Shown: positions 8,901-17,647, counted from the stretch's first letter. The stretch: DNA of 21,700 nt from Planctomycetota bacterium (GCA_038227875.1 JBBRPR010000095.1:1-21700); one strand, 5' to 3'. Notes: generated by a model from the sequence alone, not told the origin. Translations and numbers: made by a program.

Positions 8901-9279
8901 CGGATTTCTCCGTGCGGCCTTCGCCCAGCGCCGTCGCACCGCGCAGCAGAATTTCGGAACAGCCCGTGAAATCAAACGCGAACTGTTGAAAGGTCACGCC
9001 CGTCCCGCCGCGCCACGGACAGTGGAGCAGAAACGCTTTCCGTCCTTGCTGCGTGCCCACGGCCTTGCAACAGACGCCGGAATGCGCTTCCATTTCGCCG
9101 GACCAGCCGAGCGGAAAGTGAACCTCCGGTTTCGTGCGGTAGGCGTAACCGACGTCGTACAGGCCGATCTCGTCGAGCTCCATGACTTCCGCGTACGGTT
9201 TGATTGTTGGCGGCGCTTCTTCCGCCGGAATTCCACCGCAGCAGAGCAAAATTCCGATCGCTACCCAATTCCACCGCAT
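5983..9279 (-). CDS. Large secreted glycoside-hydrolase-like protein (DUF5696/GH129/GH101-like TIM barrel with accessory beta-sandwich domains)
   Basis: Start reassigned to ATG 9279 (RBS AAGGAG; signal peptide MRWNWVAIGILLCCGGIPA). Barrel motif HDWQNSGYDNGLP...LGGDEAMK...GYVIGLHENYVDYY, then MFLDV and GPVFGEG; NPCBM-like segment SDGVTFRVFVNG. Family assignment is from memory of motifs. Confidence 0.7.
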   Translation of the reverse strand: MRWNWVAIGILLCCGGIPAEEAPPTIKPYAEVMELDEIGLYDVGYAYRTKPEVHFPLGWSGEMEAHSGVCCKAVGTQQGRKAFLLHCPWRGGTGVTFQQFAFDFTGCSEILLRGATALGEGRTEKSDGVTFRVFVNGTKLLDVHRTDTQWKDFEFNLNAYAGKRGVIRFETDPGPQDNASFDFSVWGNRTLVVKGFKSAATDTVAAPAPDLAQLTSTANGSVAPPNAFAGKTTVSIADSVATLKYSGSDGAFGYRWELPKSGSDPLLGELTVQVLPLKGDGKPIELNFARDVTIEWTGKAEWQSSRWEHTDDSATCVSTYSVGGQPAVVRMVGKISGKTLQVEFSCDKPVITRFDAGHWGPMLRSRRIVVPYLSSMSVEYLPSDNLFVSSQLDWTASTASAHDGMQAHYDALTDGSRRPLQERAAYSVAWNLDEVLPNIPNAPSPKLSAVSGKLVVDVWGGKYAEIAKKLEQLHAMGLSDCIVLIHDWQNSGYDNGLPTHLPANTKLGGDEAMKTLTATARKLGYVIGLHENYVDYYTNCEKFDEQDIAFDSAGKRITAWYNEGTKMQSFAVRPSAMLRLAKTQSPEIHARFGTSAMFLDVNSSVPPWFHVDHRPGESDTGMFKSTWDTHRALWAMERQTHDGPVFGEGGNHWFWSGCLDGVEAELKAGWDNNRGRDVPLCVDFDLLKIHPLQCNHGMGYFERWIAEDRGPDGMLTDLDQYRMQELIFGHAGLLASRFYTTPQLAWLEHHLTTPVARRYGTEKAAKIEYEVDGTWRDSTAAAKANQWNRVRVTYGNGLVLTANGAATELKAGANVLPQFGWAAEGAGVTAYTAMREGVICDFAATPESIFANARNALDWNLTNAKHILPVLENFTPDAKTPGAVNFSYRWSVNETELREMACFVHILGTEGEKKGQIVLQQDHALPTSTTQWKAREEIKDGPYSLNVSGLKAGDYRWTIGLYSKEDGSRIRMQGADAGENRIALGTLHLREGAKPVFEIEKVPESQISTRLNIAGKVVDFGSVRTDGSALLRKEGAVWKLFVMPASRRFQLEYSVAKFAPPKTIRCSGGTEATVQPVVHGDWWSVPLNGASQYEWDAQ

Positions 9280-9448
9280 GAAGACACTCCTTTTCGCGCC
9301 GCCATTCCGTTGCACCGGCGAGAGCTTACCGATTTTCACAGCACGCGTCTTGACTCAGTACCGATTGCAATCTTCACCTCCATTTGTAATTGCCAGCGTG
9401 AGCTGGAATGGCGTATGGTTACGGAAACATTCCGAGGAGATATGCGCA

Positions 9449-10588
9449 ATGGCGATCATGACTGGTCTTTCCGGCAACGAGATGTTCTGTCTGCATAAGA
9501 AGGGGTATTCAGCCGGACATCTGGTCATCGGCAACAGCGTCTTCTCGATCGGGCTGATCGGCGGAATCGGATCGGGGCTGAAGACTCTGGCCGGCGGCGA
9601 AGTCACGCAGATCACCAGCGTCATCCACGAAGGCCGCCAGAAATCCTACGAACGCATGCGCGCAGAAGCTCAGAAGCAGGGCGGGGTGGGCATCACGGGC
9701 GTGACCAGCGAATTGGTCCAGCACGCGGGCAACGTCGAGTTTCTTTCGGTCGGGTCGTGCATCCACAAAGAGGGCGCGCGCTCCGAAGAAATGAACTTCT
9801 CGACCTCCGCTGACGGCCAGGAGCTCTATTGCCAGCTCGATTCGGGGTTCGAGCCGGTGAAATTTGTGTTCGGTAACGTGGCGTACTCGATCGGCGTCGC
9901 CGGCGGCATTGCCGGAATCTTCCGCAGCATGGCGCGGGGCGAGGTCAAAGAGTTCTCCGACATCTTCAACACGACGCGGCACCTGGCATTGCAACGCATC
10001 TCCGATGAAGCGCGTAGCGCGGGCGCGAACTCGGTGGTCGGCATCGAGACCTCGATCATCCCGTTTCAGGGCATGCAGGAAATGGTGATGATTGGAACCG
10101 CGTCGCGCCACCCGAAGCTCGACAAGAAGTACGACCAGAATCCCGTCACCAGCGATCTGACCAACGAAGAGATGTGGAACCTGATCCACATGGGCTACAT
10201 GCCGCTGCAACTGGTGCTGGGCGTGTCGGTTTATTCGGTGGGAATCGTGGGAGGGCTAATGTCTGCGTTGAAAGGGCTCGGCCGGGGCGAATTGAGCGAG
10301 CTGACGACGATGATCTACGAAGCCCGCGAAAATGCAATCGGGCGCATCGCCAAGGACGCCGTGGCCTGCGGCGCCGACGACGTGGTGGGCATCAAGACGT
10401 ACGTGTATCAGCTCGGCGGCGGCGTGATCGAATTCCTCGCCATCGGCACGGCCGTGAAGAAGATCGAAGGCCTGACGACCGTCACCGACTCTTTGCCGCC
10501 GCAAGCGATCATCCAGGACCGCGACACGTTTGTGAACACGGCTGAGACGGCGCTGGGAACGAACCTCAATCGTGGGCGGACGGAGTAA
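9449..10588 (+). CDS. Protein with three YbjQ/UPF0145 (heavy-metal-binding-like) domains
   Basis: RBS GAGGAG before ATG 9449. Three repeats of GN/GxSVYS-GxxGG...GEV/LxE...R..A..R...A...GA..VVG...EFLAIGTA. Confidence 0.8.
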   Translation: MAIMTGLSGNEMFCLHKKGYSAGHLVIGNSVFSIGLIGGIGSGLKTLAGGEVTQITSVIHEGRQKSYERMRAEAQKQGGVGITGVTSELVQHAGNVEFLSVGSCIHKEGARSEEMNFSTSADGQELYCQLDSGFEPVKFVFGNVAYSIGVAGGIAGIFRSMARGEVKEFSDIFNTTRHLALQRISDEARSAGANSVVGIETSIIPFQGMQEMVMIGTASRHPKLDKKYDQNPVTSDLTNEEMWNLIHMGYMPLQLVLGVSVYSVGIVGGLMSALKGLGRGELSELTTMIYEARENAIGRIAKDAVACGADDVVGIKTYVYQLGGGVIEFLAIGTAVKKIEGLTTVTDSLPPQAIIQDRDTFVNTAETALGTNLNRGRTE

Positions 10589-10598
10589 GGGCTTTTGA

Positions 10599-10635
10599 TC
10601 TCTCGCAAAGACGCGAAGACGCAAAGAACGGCATG
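10599..10635 (+). repeat. Dispersed short intergenic repeat, copy 2
   Basis: tctctcgcaaagacgcgaagacgcaaagaacggcatg, inverted relative to 1566-1611. Confidence 0.8.
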
Positions 10636-10654
10636 TACGGCTGTGATATGTGTT

Positions 10655-11016
10655 TTATGTCGGTGAGCGCGCAGAGAGACTGCGGATTGAGTATTCGCAG
10701 AGCATGGCGATCGCGGTAAGAGTTAGGGCTGCCGCGAGATGTTCCGCGACGAACACTTTCCAAAAGTTGTCGGCCTTGAAGTCCTTCCACTTTTCATGCC
10801 GAGTCGGCATGAGCATCAGGACCGTCCCACGGTCGCACTCAAGCCGGATTGGGCTGCGCCGCCGGATTTGCGAATTGTTCGATGGGTTCTGAAGACGACA
10901 GGGCGATACGCCAATCGGCGTAGTAACAACCATGTGGTGCCACTGGCGACGATTACGGTGATTACGGCAGTCAGCAGGTGGAATTGAAACCAACGGTGTG
11001 GATTCGTATTGTTCAT
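10655..11016 (-). pseudogene. Frameshifted small two-TM membrane protein (RWFQFHL-type N-terminus)
   Basis: N-terminus MNNTNPHRWFQFHLLTAVITVIVASGTTWLLL lies in one frame and the hydrophobic C-terminus VFVAEHLAAALTLTAIAMLCEYSIR in another. The span is 362 nt, not a multiple of 3. Confidence 0.55.
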
Positions 11017-11026
11017 CGATTTATCT

Positions 11027-11371
11027 TCACGGCTCACAGATATTTCCTTCTTCATCCGTTACATCAGCATCCAATAACTTCGCAAGCGCGAACGCGACAT
11101 GCAGAACCTCCTCTGAGCAATTGCCCGTGGCCTTGAATAGGACCACTCCTTCGAACAAACTGAATACCTTGATCCATCGATTCAAATCTTTGAAATAGAA
11201 GTCCACATCGCCATCATTTCCGGGCACGCGAATTTCCGCACCGGTTTTCGGATTCTTAACAACATTTCCCGCCGCGTTGGCGCGCAGGTCCTTTCGCGAG
11301 AGCACCGCGTTGTTCCAATCCTCCTGTCGAATTTTCCCGTGGCGACCCCTGATCAACATCTCGACTGGCAT
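11027..11371 (-). CDS. Small hypothetical protein (114 aa), immunity-protein-like
   Basis: RBS GAGGA before ATG 11371; lower GC; pattern I..EDW...V...L...NPKTG.EI.VPG...ALAKLLDADVTDEEGN. Confidence 0.7.
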   Translation of the reverse strand: MPVEMLIRGRHGKIRQEDWNNAVLSRKDLRANAAGNVVKNPKTGAEIRVPGNDGDVDFYFKDLNRWIKVFSLFEGVVLFKATGNCSEEVLHVAFALAKLLDADVTDEEGNICEP

Positions 11372-11521
11372 AGTTGATTTCCTCAAGATTTCTCGAGTCT
11401 ACACGCTTGAAATAGATCCTGAATTATTTTTTCAAATACTTGTCGGTTCCTCCTCCAAACCGGACATCTCCGGGTAATCGACGCCCTTGTGGGCGGGTTG
11501 GCTTGGGTCTGGGGAGCACGC

Positions 11522-12535
11522 ATGAAAACGTTAATGGTCATCGTAACCGTAGCACTTATCGCAACTTCCATCGGAGCGGCTGATATAAAACTGGCCGACG
11601 CGACGCTCGGAAAGACGGTCCATGGGCCGGAGCTAACTTTGAATGAGATGAAAGGGCAGGTCGTGCTGCTGACGCATTGGGGCGCGCATTGTGGTACGTG
11701 CGTCGCGCTGCTGCCGGAGTGGCAGGCGCTCTACAAAAATTACAACGATCAGGGGCTGCATGTCGTCGGATTGGAGATGGATAAGCTGACCGACAGCGAA
11801 GTCGACACGCTCTGCAAATCGCGGCATGTCGGGTTTCAGGTGAACGTCGGCGGCGCGCTGATGGTCGGCGGACATGCCAACTGGCCGCACACATTCCTGT
11901 TCGGCGCGGACGGAAAGCTCCTCGCCGACAATATCGAAGGCAAGGAACTCGAAGCCAAAGTCAAGGAAGCGCTCGCCGAAGCGAACAGCATCGACGCCGG
12001 CTACGGTCCGTACACGAAACTCGCGCCGCTGGCCGCGCAGGTGAAGGCGGGCCAGGGACTCGGGCAGGTGCTGAAGACGCTGGCAGCAAAGAAGAGCAGC
12101 AAGGACGCGGCGGAAGCTTCTGAAGCGACCATGATGTTCGACGCAGTCAACGGCCGCGCCGATGGGATGCTCAAGCAGGCGCTGGCGGACAGCGCGGCCA
12201 AGCCGCTCCCAACCATCGCGAAGCTGGAGAAACTCGCGCAACAGTTTGACGGCTCGGAGATCGGGAAGTCAGCGAAGCTGGAAGCCGAAAAGCTGAAGAG
12301 CGATCCGGCGGTACGCAAGGAGATCGAAGCGAACGGTATGTACAACCAGCTGCAGACACTGTGCGACGGTATGAAAGCTGTGCAGGGCATCACCAGTCCG
12401 AAGGCCGAGGCGTACCGCCGCGTGAATGCGCAGGCGATTCAAGCTGTCGTCGCCGGTTGCCAACAGTTGGTGCAGCGCTATCCCGGCACGAAAGCCGCTA
12501 CGAAGGCCGGAGAAATGATGGACGAGTACCGCTGA
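11522..12535 (+). CDS. Secreted TlpA-like thioredoxin-fold protein with a helical C-terminal region
   Basis: RBS GGGGAG; signal peptide MKTLMVIVTVALIATSIGA; LNEMKGQVVLLTHWGAHCGTC (CxxC); cis-Pro motif WPHTFLFGADGK. Confidence 0.85.
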   Translation: MKTLMVIVTVALIATSIGAADIKLADATLGKTVHGPELTLNEMKGQVVLLTHWGAHCGTCVALLPEWQALYKNYNDQGLHVVGLEMDKLTDSEVDTLCKSRHVGFQVNVGGALMVGGHANWPHTFLFGADGKLLADNIEGKELEAKVKEALAEANSIDAGYGPYTKLAPLAAQVKAGQGLGQVLKTLAAKKSSKDAAEASEATMMFDAVNGRADGMLKQALADSAAKPLPTIAKLEKLAQQFDGSEIGKSAKLEAEKLKSDPAVRKEIEANGMYNQLQTLCDGMKAVQGITSPKAEAYRRVNAQAIQAVVAGCQQLVQRYPGTKAATKAGEMMDEYR

Positions 12536-12562
12536 ACGGCGAGTGCTGAGGACTGCGGGGTG

Positions 12563-12581
12563 GCCTGGCCCCTCGGGCCGG
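12563..12581. other. GC-rich intergenic hairpin
   Basis: cc-tggccc-ctc-gggccg-gg downstream of the redoxin stop. No U-tract, so not a clear intrinsic terminator. Confidence 0.35.
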
Positions 12582-12723
12582 GTCGCTTGGCGACAGGAAG
12601 TTACGCTGAGCTCGCCGATAACGATTGTCCAGGTGCTTCGAAGATGAAAAGAAGGTCCGTAATTGTTCCCAGTTAGCGTCGTCCATCATCTACAATTGTT
12701 GGACGACCATCACAGAGGGACCG

Positions 12724-15078
12724 ATGCACGACTGGGATCTGCTGCAAGACTACGTGACGAAAGGGTCCGACGCGGCATTTGCGCAGGTCGTCGAACGCCA
12801 CACGAACATGGTCTATGCGTTCTGTTACCGGCAGGTGCGCAACCGGGAACTGGCTGAAGAAGCGACGCAGACGGTTTTCATCATCCTGGCCCGGAAAGCC
12901 GCGGGATTGAAGCGCGAGACGGTGCTGGCCGGCTGGCTGTTCAAAACAGCGCGGTTTGCCATCGCCAATGCGTTGAAGATCGAAGCGCGCAAGCGGCGCA
13001 TCCAGATGAGGGCAATGGCGATGGCCAGCGCAACGCAATCACGGGAGCAGCCTGCCGCGGCCAGCGATGCGTTCGTGCTGCTCGACGATGCGCTGGCCAC
13101 ATTGCCTGACATCGAACGGAACGCGGTCCTGCTGAAATATTTCGAGCAGCAGTCGCTGGCGGAAGTGGGCTCGGCGCTGGGTGTCTCGACGGACGCGGCC
13201 GAAAAGCGGATCTCGCGCGCCATAGGAAAGCTGCACAGTTACCTCTCGCAGCGCGGCGTGGTGTTGAGCATCGTCGGAATGGGTGGGCTGCTCACGGCGT
13301 CCGCTTCACAGATGGCGCCAAGCGGGCTGGCGGCTGCGGTGACGAAATCACTGGCGTCGCAGTCGGTCTCCGCGGCGGGGGCTCATTCCAGCCCCGCGCT
13401 GGTTGAAAGTACGTTGCGCGCGATGCAGTGGGCACGCTGGAAACCTGCGCTGACCGCGGCGAGCGTGCTACTCATTGCGTGCGCGGTGGCATGGGTGGCT
13501 CGCATCGGCGGGGCGACCCTGACGCCAGTGGCTGCGAACACATCGAGTGTTCAGTCCGCGACACCGATGGCCGATCCGCCGCCGGTTGCCGAAGCGAAAA
13601 TGAGGCAGGAACTTCGCGCGATTTTCAGCCACTTGACCGGCGAGCCTGCCGCGCGCGACGCGGCAGAGCAGGAAATTTTGAAATTTGTGCGTCGATCAGG
13701 GCAACCGGCGTTCGCGGCCTTGACTGAATTCGCACATGCGCCGACGACACGTGCAGAACCGGATGTTGCGGCGCGGTCGGCGCGCGTCTTGAAGATGCTG
13801 ATGCAGCCGGAATTCCTGTGGGGGCAGACAACGGGCGCGACCTTCAGTCATCCGCCACGGCCAGCGGCGGCCCCGACACTTGTGACGCAGAGCACCGACG
13901 ATGGCGTGTTTGTGCTCGATGCGGAAAGCGGCGCGATCCAGTGGAGCAAGCCGATGCGTGCGGCGCCGAGCGTCGGCGCGATTTCCGGCACGACAGTGTT
14001 CAGCGCCATGCCGTTTGATCGGGCCAGTCCGCAAGCGGCGCTCGTCGGTTTGGGTGACGGTGGTACAGCGCTTTGGACGCATGCGTTCGATGCGCTCTAT
14101 CCGGCCGGTGCGATCGCGCAGATCCGGACGTCGCTGGCGCTGGATGCGCAGGCCGGTCGCGTGTACATCACGGCCGGCGCGGATGACCAGGAATGCCTGA
14201 GCGCCTTCACGACCGCCGGTCAGACTGTTTGGAGCAAGCATGTCGGCACACTCTCCGGTGATCCGGTGCTCGCGCCGGATCTGAATCTCGTTGTCGTTGG
14301 CTGCGAGAATTCGATCGGGGGCGGCGATCCGCAACTCCGCGCGGTCCACCTTGCCGACGGTACGGCGGCGTGGTCGGCGACTTTTCTCGGGCTTCATCGC
14401 AACTGCGTGGGGGAGGGTAGTGGCCGCGTCTACGCAGCCGCAGCCGGCGACGGTCAGGACGCGGCGTTCAATCAGGCGACGCATCTGATCAGCCGCGATG
14501 CAACGAACGGCGCGGCAGTGTGGGATTGCGCGGTGGCTAAAGCGCTGCCGGCAGCGCCGCAACGCGTGACGCTCGAATACCTCGGGCAGTCGAAATTCGG
14601 CGAGCATTCGTGGCATGAACCGGGTGGTTCTGACTTGGATATTATTGGCGTGCCGCTGAGCGCGGCGAAGCATCAGTGGGTGGTGTCGCAGACGCGCCGG
14701 TTCCTGTTCGGCATCGACGCGAAATCGGGTGTGCTGAAATGGAGCACGCCCTGTTTGCGTGTGGATGAAACGCATTTCGCGGAGCGCGACGGAATTGTTT
14801 TTGCGGGAACCGACGAGGGCTTGCTGCTCGCCGTCCGCGCCAGTGACGGGCGGGTAGTTTGGTCGCTGGACTTGAATACGTATCCAGCGGCGGTGAATGC
14901 GCCGCGCGTGCTGGAAATTCGCAACAACGATTTTCCCAACGCCACCCGTCGCATCGGACCCATCGGCGAGCCCACGGTTTTTGACAACATTCTTTACGCC
15001 ACTACGGCTGGCGGCTGGACCTTTGCGCTGCGCCTTCCAGAATTCAATTTGGACGACACGGAGGCGAACGGAAACTAG
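12724..15078 (+). CDS. ECF sigma-70 factor fused through a TM helix to a PQQ-like (BamB-type) beta-propeller
   Basis: Start ATG 12724 (RBS GAGGGA). Region 2: DAAFAQVVERH...AEEATQTVFIILARKA...LAGWLFKTAR. Region 4: LDDALATLPDIERNAVLLKYFEQQSLAEVGSALGVSTDAAEKRISRAIGKL. TM segment ALTAASVLLIACAVAWV. Repeated LDAxSG..xW propeller motifs. Confidence 0.9.
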   Translation: MHDWDLLQDYVTKGSDAAFAQVVERHTNMVYAFCYRQVRNRELAEEATQTVFIILARKAAGLKRETVLAGWLFKTARFAIANALKIEARKRRIQMRAMAMASATQSREQPAAASDAFVLLDDALATLPDIERNAVLLKYFEQQSLAEVGSALGVSTDAAEKRISRAIGKLHSYLSQRGVVLSIVGMGGLLTASASQMAPSGLAAAVTKSLASQSVSAAGAHSSPALVESTLRAMQWARWKPALTAASVLLIACAVAWVARIGGATLTPVAANTSSVQSATPMADPPPVAEAKMRQELRAIFSHLTGEPAARDAAEQEILKFVRRSGQPAFAALTEFAHAPTTRAEPDVAARSARVLKMLMQPEFLWGQTTGATFSHPPRPAAAPTLVTQSTDDGVFVLDAESGAIQWSKPMRAAPSVGAISGTTVFSAMPFDRASPQAALVGLGDGGTALWTHAFDALYPAGAIAQIRTSLALDAQAGRVYITAGADDQECLSAFTTAGQTVWSKHVGTLSGDPVLAPDLNLVVVGCENSIGGGDPQLRAVHLADGTAAWSATFLGLHRNCVGEGSGRVYAAAAGDGQDAAFNQATHLISRDATNGAAVWDCAVAKALPAAPQRVTLEYLGQSKFGEHSWHEPGGSDLDIIGVPLSAAKHQWVVSQTRRFLFGIDAKSGVLKWSTPCLRVDETHFAERDGIVFAGTDEGLLLAVRASDGRVVWSLDLNTYPAAVNAPRVLEIRNNDFPNATRRIGPIGEPTVFDNILYATTAGGWTFALRLPEFNLDDTEANGN

Positions 15079-16428
15079 ATGATGAGAATTTCGCGAAGTC
15101 TTTTGCTGCTTGCAGTCGTATCACTTTCCATGGCCGCTGCCGAGTCGCCGATCGTGTGGAATCAGCGCACCAGCGGGAATCCATTTTGGATGCCTGCGCC
15201 GCTAGTGGCCGAAAGCGAGAATGTCCTGATCCAGATGACCGGCGAGGGGCTCTACGCGCTGGAATTTGATACGGGGAAAATCCTGTGGACGAAGACCGGC
15301 ACGGAGGCGGGATTCAGACTCAGTCCGCCGTGCCTCAACAATGGCGTTATCTACGCTGCGATGCCGAATGCGGAGAAAAATCGCTCGCGCGCCATCGCTG
15401 CGTACAAGGTGAAGGACGGGCAGGAACTCTGGCAGCACAGTTTCGCTGAGTTTTACAAAGATGATTCGTACGGTTCGATTCATTCGGCGATTGTGTTCGA
15501 TGCGGTCAATTCCCGGTTGCTGGTCTGTGTCGGGGATACGCCCAACGAGAAACTCGTGGCGCTGGATCTCAGTGGCAAGCAGGTCTGGGCCGCGGAAATC
15601 GGCGCGAAGCTGGCCTCCCCCATCGTTTCGGCCGAGCAGAAAATGGTCTACTGCTGCTGCGGCAATCCCGAAGGCGAGCCGTCGCACCTGGCGGCTGTGA
15701 ATCTCGCCGACGGCACCGTAGCGTGGAAGAAAGTGATCTGGGGCGGCAACGACGGAGCCACCGATGCGCTGCCGGTCGGCGACCGGGTCTATCTTCTGGC
15801 CGATGACAAACCCAGTGCGACTGCTTTTCGCGATCAGAATCTGCCGGCCGAGGGCTACATCTGTTGTTTGGATGCGAAGACCGGAAATGAGATCTGGGTC
15901 TGCGACATCAACGAAAACTTTAAGGACGACGGCAGTCCTGCTCGCTCGCGAGAATCCTGTTATTACCACGCAGGCCAGAGTACTTGGGGTGTGTTGACGA
16001 TGTTCAACAAAGGTGTGAATCGCCGCGCCGTCGGTTCACCGATGCTCGCCGACGACGGCAAGCGATTGATCACGCAGAACGAATACGGCATCTGCGGCAT
16101 CGATACGTCGAGCGGCAATGTGGTGTGGCGCGTGCGCAGTCCACGGCTCGAGCGCTGCCACTACGCGCTGAAAGGCGACGCGGTGCTGACCGGCGATGAC
16201 ATGGGCGGCATCTCTGCGATGCGCGCCAGCGACGGGCAATTCTTCTGGCGCCTCGATCTCGCCAGAATGCCGGCTGCCGACAAGGTTCCAAAGGCGGAGC
16301 ATGGCGCTCCAGTGGTCGGGCCGGTGGGCGATCCAACGGTGATCGGCGATTACCTCTACGCCACGACCTGTGGCGGCTATACGTTCAAGCTCAAGATGGC
16401 TCCGTTGCAACCCGCCGGCGCGCGGTGA
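15079..16428 (+). CDS. Secreted PQQ-like beta-propeller protein, paralogous to the C-terminal domain of the upstream sigma factor
   Basis: Signal peptide MMRISRSLLLLAVVSLSMA; motifs ALEFDTGKILW, CLDAKTGNEIW, GIDTSSGNVVW, AMRASDGQFFW; starts immediately after the upstream stop. Confidence 0.9.
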   Translation: MMRISRSLLLLAVVSLSMAAAESPIVWNQRTSGNPFWMPAPLVAESENVLIQMTGEGLYALEFDTGKILWTKTGTEAGFRLSPPCLNNGVIYAAMPNAEKNRSRAIAAYKVKDGQELWQHSFAEFYKDDSYGSIHSAIVFDAVNSRLLVCVGDTPNEKLVALDLSGKQVWAAEIGAKLASPIVSAEQKMVYCCCGNPEGEPSHLAAVNLADGTVAWKKVIWGGNDGATDALPVGDRVYLLADDKPSATAFRDQNLPAEGYICCLDAKTGNEIWVCDINENFKDDGSPARSRESCYYHAGQSTWGVLTMFNKGVNRRAVGSPMLADDGKRLITQNEYGICGIDTSSGNVVWRVRSPRLERCHYALKGDAVLTGDDMGGISAMRASDGQFFWRLDLARMPAADKVPKAEHGAPVVGPVGDPTVIGDYLYATTCGGYTFKLKMAPLQPAGAR

Positions 16429-16431
16429 GTC

Positions 16432-17628
16432 CTACCTCAGCACCGCCGCGAGAAAACGTTCGATGGCGTAGAGCGACAGTTGCCCGCCCGGGCCGCTCAA
16501 GTTGGCGTCGCAGCCGTGATTGCCCCACGGGATGCGCAGGAAGTAATGCTTCACGCCCGCTTCGGTCAGGCGTTGATCCAGCCGTTCGCTGTGGACAACC
16601 GGGACGACGTCGTCGCGGTCGCCGTGAATCAGCAATGTCGGCGGTGCGGCGAACTTGACGAAGTTGAGCGGCGAGCCGCTACGATACGCGTCCGCCAAGC
16701 TGCCAGGATTCCCACCGAGGAAACTTTCGAGCACTGCAGTCGAATCGAGCACTCGGGGGTTGCAGGGGTGATCGTAGGCGTAGACCAGGTCGGTGGGCGA
16801 ATAGATCGCGACAACGCCGCGAATGGCAGGATCGTTGGATGTGTATGCGTGCAGCAATGCCAGGTGTCCACCGGCCGAACGACCGAGGAGCGCGATGCGT
16901 TTAGCGTCCAGATTCAACGCGGTTGCATTGGCCTTTAAATAGGCGATGGCGGCTTGCACATCTTCCGAGGCGATTGGAAATCGGAACGTGGGCGCCAGCC
17001 GGTAATCGACTGAGGCCACAAAATATCCGCGCGAGGCCAGGTAATGGTTGATGCGCGGTAATTCTGTTCGATCGCCTCCGCGCCACGCGCCGCCGTGAAT
17101 CACAACCAGCACGGGTGCAGGCTTGGAACTGGAGCTTTGCGGCGGCGTGTACACATCCATCGCCAGTGCGCTGCCGCCCGGCGATGCGAAATCCACGCTC
17201 GACCGCTTCACCGGCGGGCACGAAATGCCCAGCACCAAATCACTCCACACAAGTGGCGCCGCCCGCGGCGGTGCGTTTTCAGTTGAGCTAGGCTGCACCG
17301 TGCCAAACGCGCTTTCGACACCGGCGCGAATTTCGCCGGAAAGCAGTGAAGCTCTGACGATCGTACTGAGCGCGAGACAGATTCCGACACAGCCCAAAGC
17401 AGCGCCTACCAGGGCAGGGCGAGATGTTCTCAAACCGGGCAGGAGCGGAAGCAGACTGAGCAGCGCGATGTAGTGTCCCCATTCGGTCATGCCGACGGCC
17501 AGCAACCAGCAAATCCGCGTGGGCGCCGGCACAAACGGCAGCAGGCCGAGCGCGACGCAGAAAATTCCCAGTGCCAGACGCAGCCAGGGAATCGCACGTT
17601 TAAATGCGGAGAGGTTCACAATCACCAC
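16432..17628 (-). CDS. Membrane-anchored alpha/beta hydrolase (HSL/BD-FAE-like esterase)
   Basis: HGGAW oxyanion motif, VDYRLAP, GRSAG nucleophile, HGDRDDVVP, catalytic His in GNHG; three N-terminal TM segments. Start uncertain (GTG at 17628, 17625 or 17619). Confidence 0.9.
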   Translation of the reverse strand: MVIVNLSAFKRAIPWLRLALGIFCVALGLLPFVPAPTRICWLLAVGMTEWGHYIALLSLLPLLPGLRTSRPALVGAALGCVGICLALSTIVRASLLSGEIRAGVESAFGTVQPSSTENAPPRAAPLVWSDLVLGISCPPVKRSSVDFASPGGSALAMDVYTPPQSSSSKPAPVLVVIHGGAWRGGDRTELPRINHYLASRGYFVASVDYRLAPTFRFPIASEDVQAAIAYLKANATALNLDAKRIALLGRSAGGHLALLHAYTSNDPAIRGVVAIYSPTDLVYAYDHPCNPRVLDSTAVLESFLGGNPGSLADAYRSGSPLNFVKFAAPPTLLIHGDRDDVVPVVHSERLDQRLTEAGVKHYFLRIPWGNHGCDANLSGPGGQLSLYAIERFLAAVLR

Positions 17629-17647
17629 GCTAGCGCAGTCGGAGTTC

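Noticed and set aside
9182..9448. N-terminal extension of the YbjQ-repeat ORF (and of the hydrolase to 9339)
   Set aside because: It would overlap the divergent gene; good RBSs support starts at 9449 and 9279.
6487..9498. 1003-aa plus-strand ORF
   Set aside because: Antisense shadow of the glycoside hydrolase gene; Arg/His-rich with no motifs, as expected from GC3 bias.
13696..15969. Minus-strand ORFs of 359 aa and 255 aa
   Set aside because: Antisense shadows of the two propeller genes.
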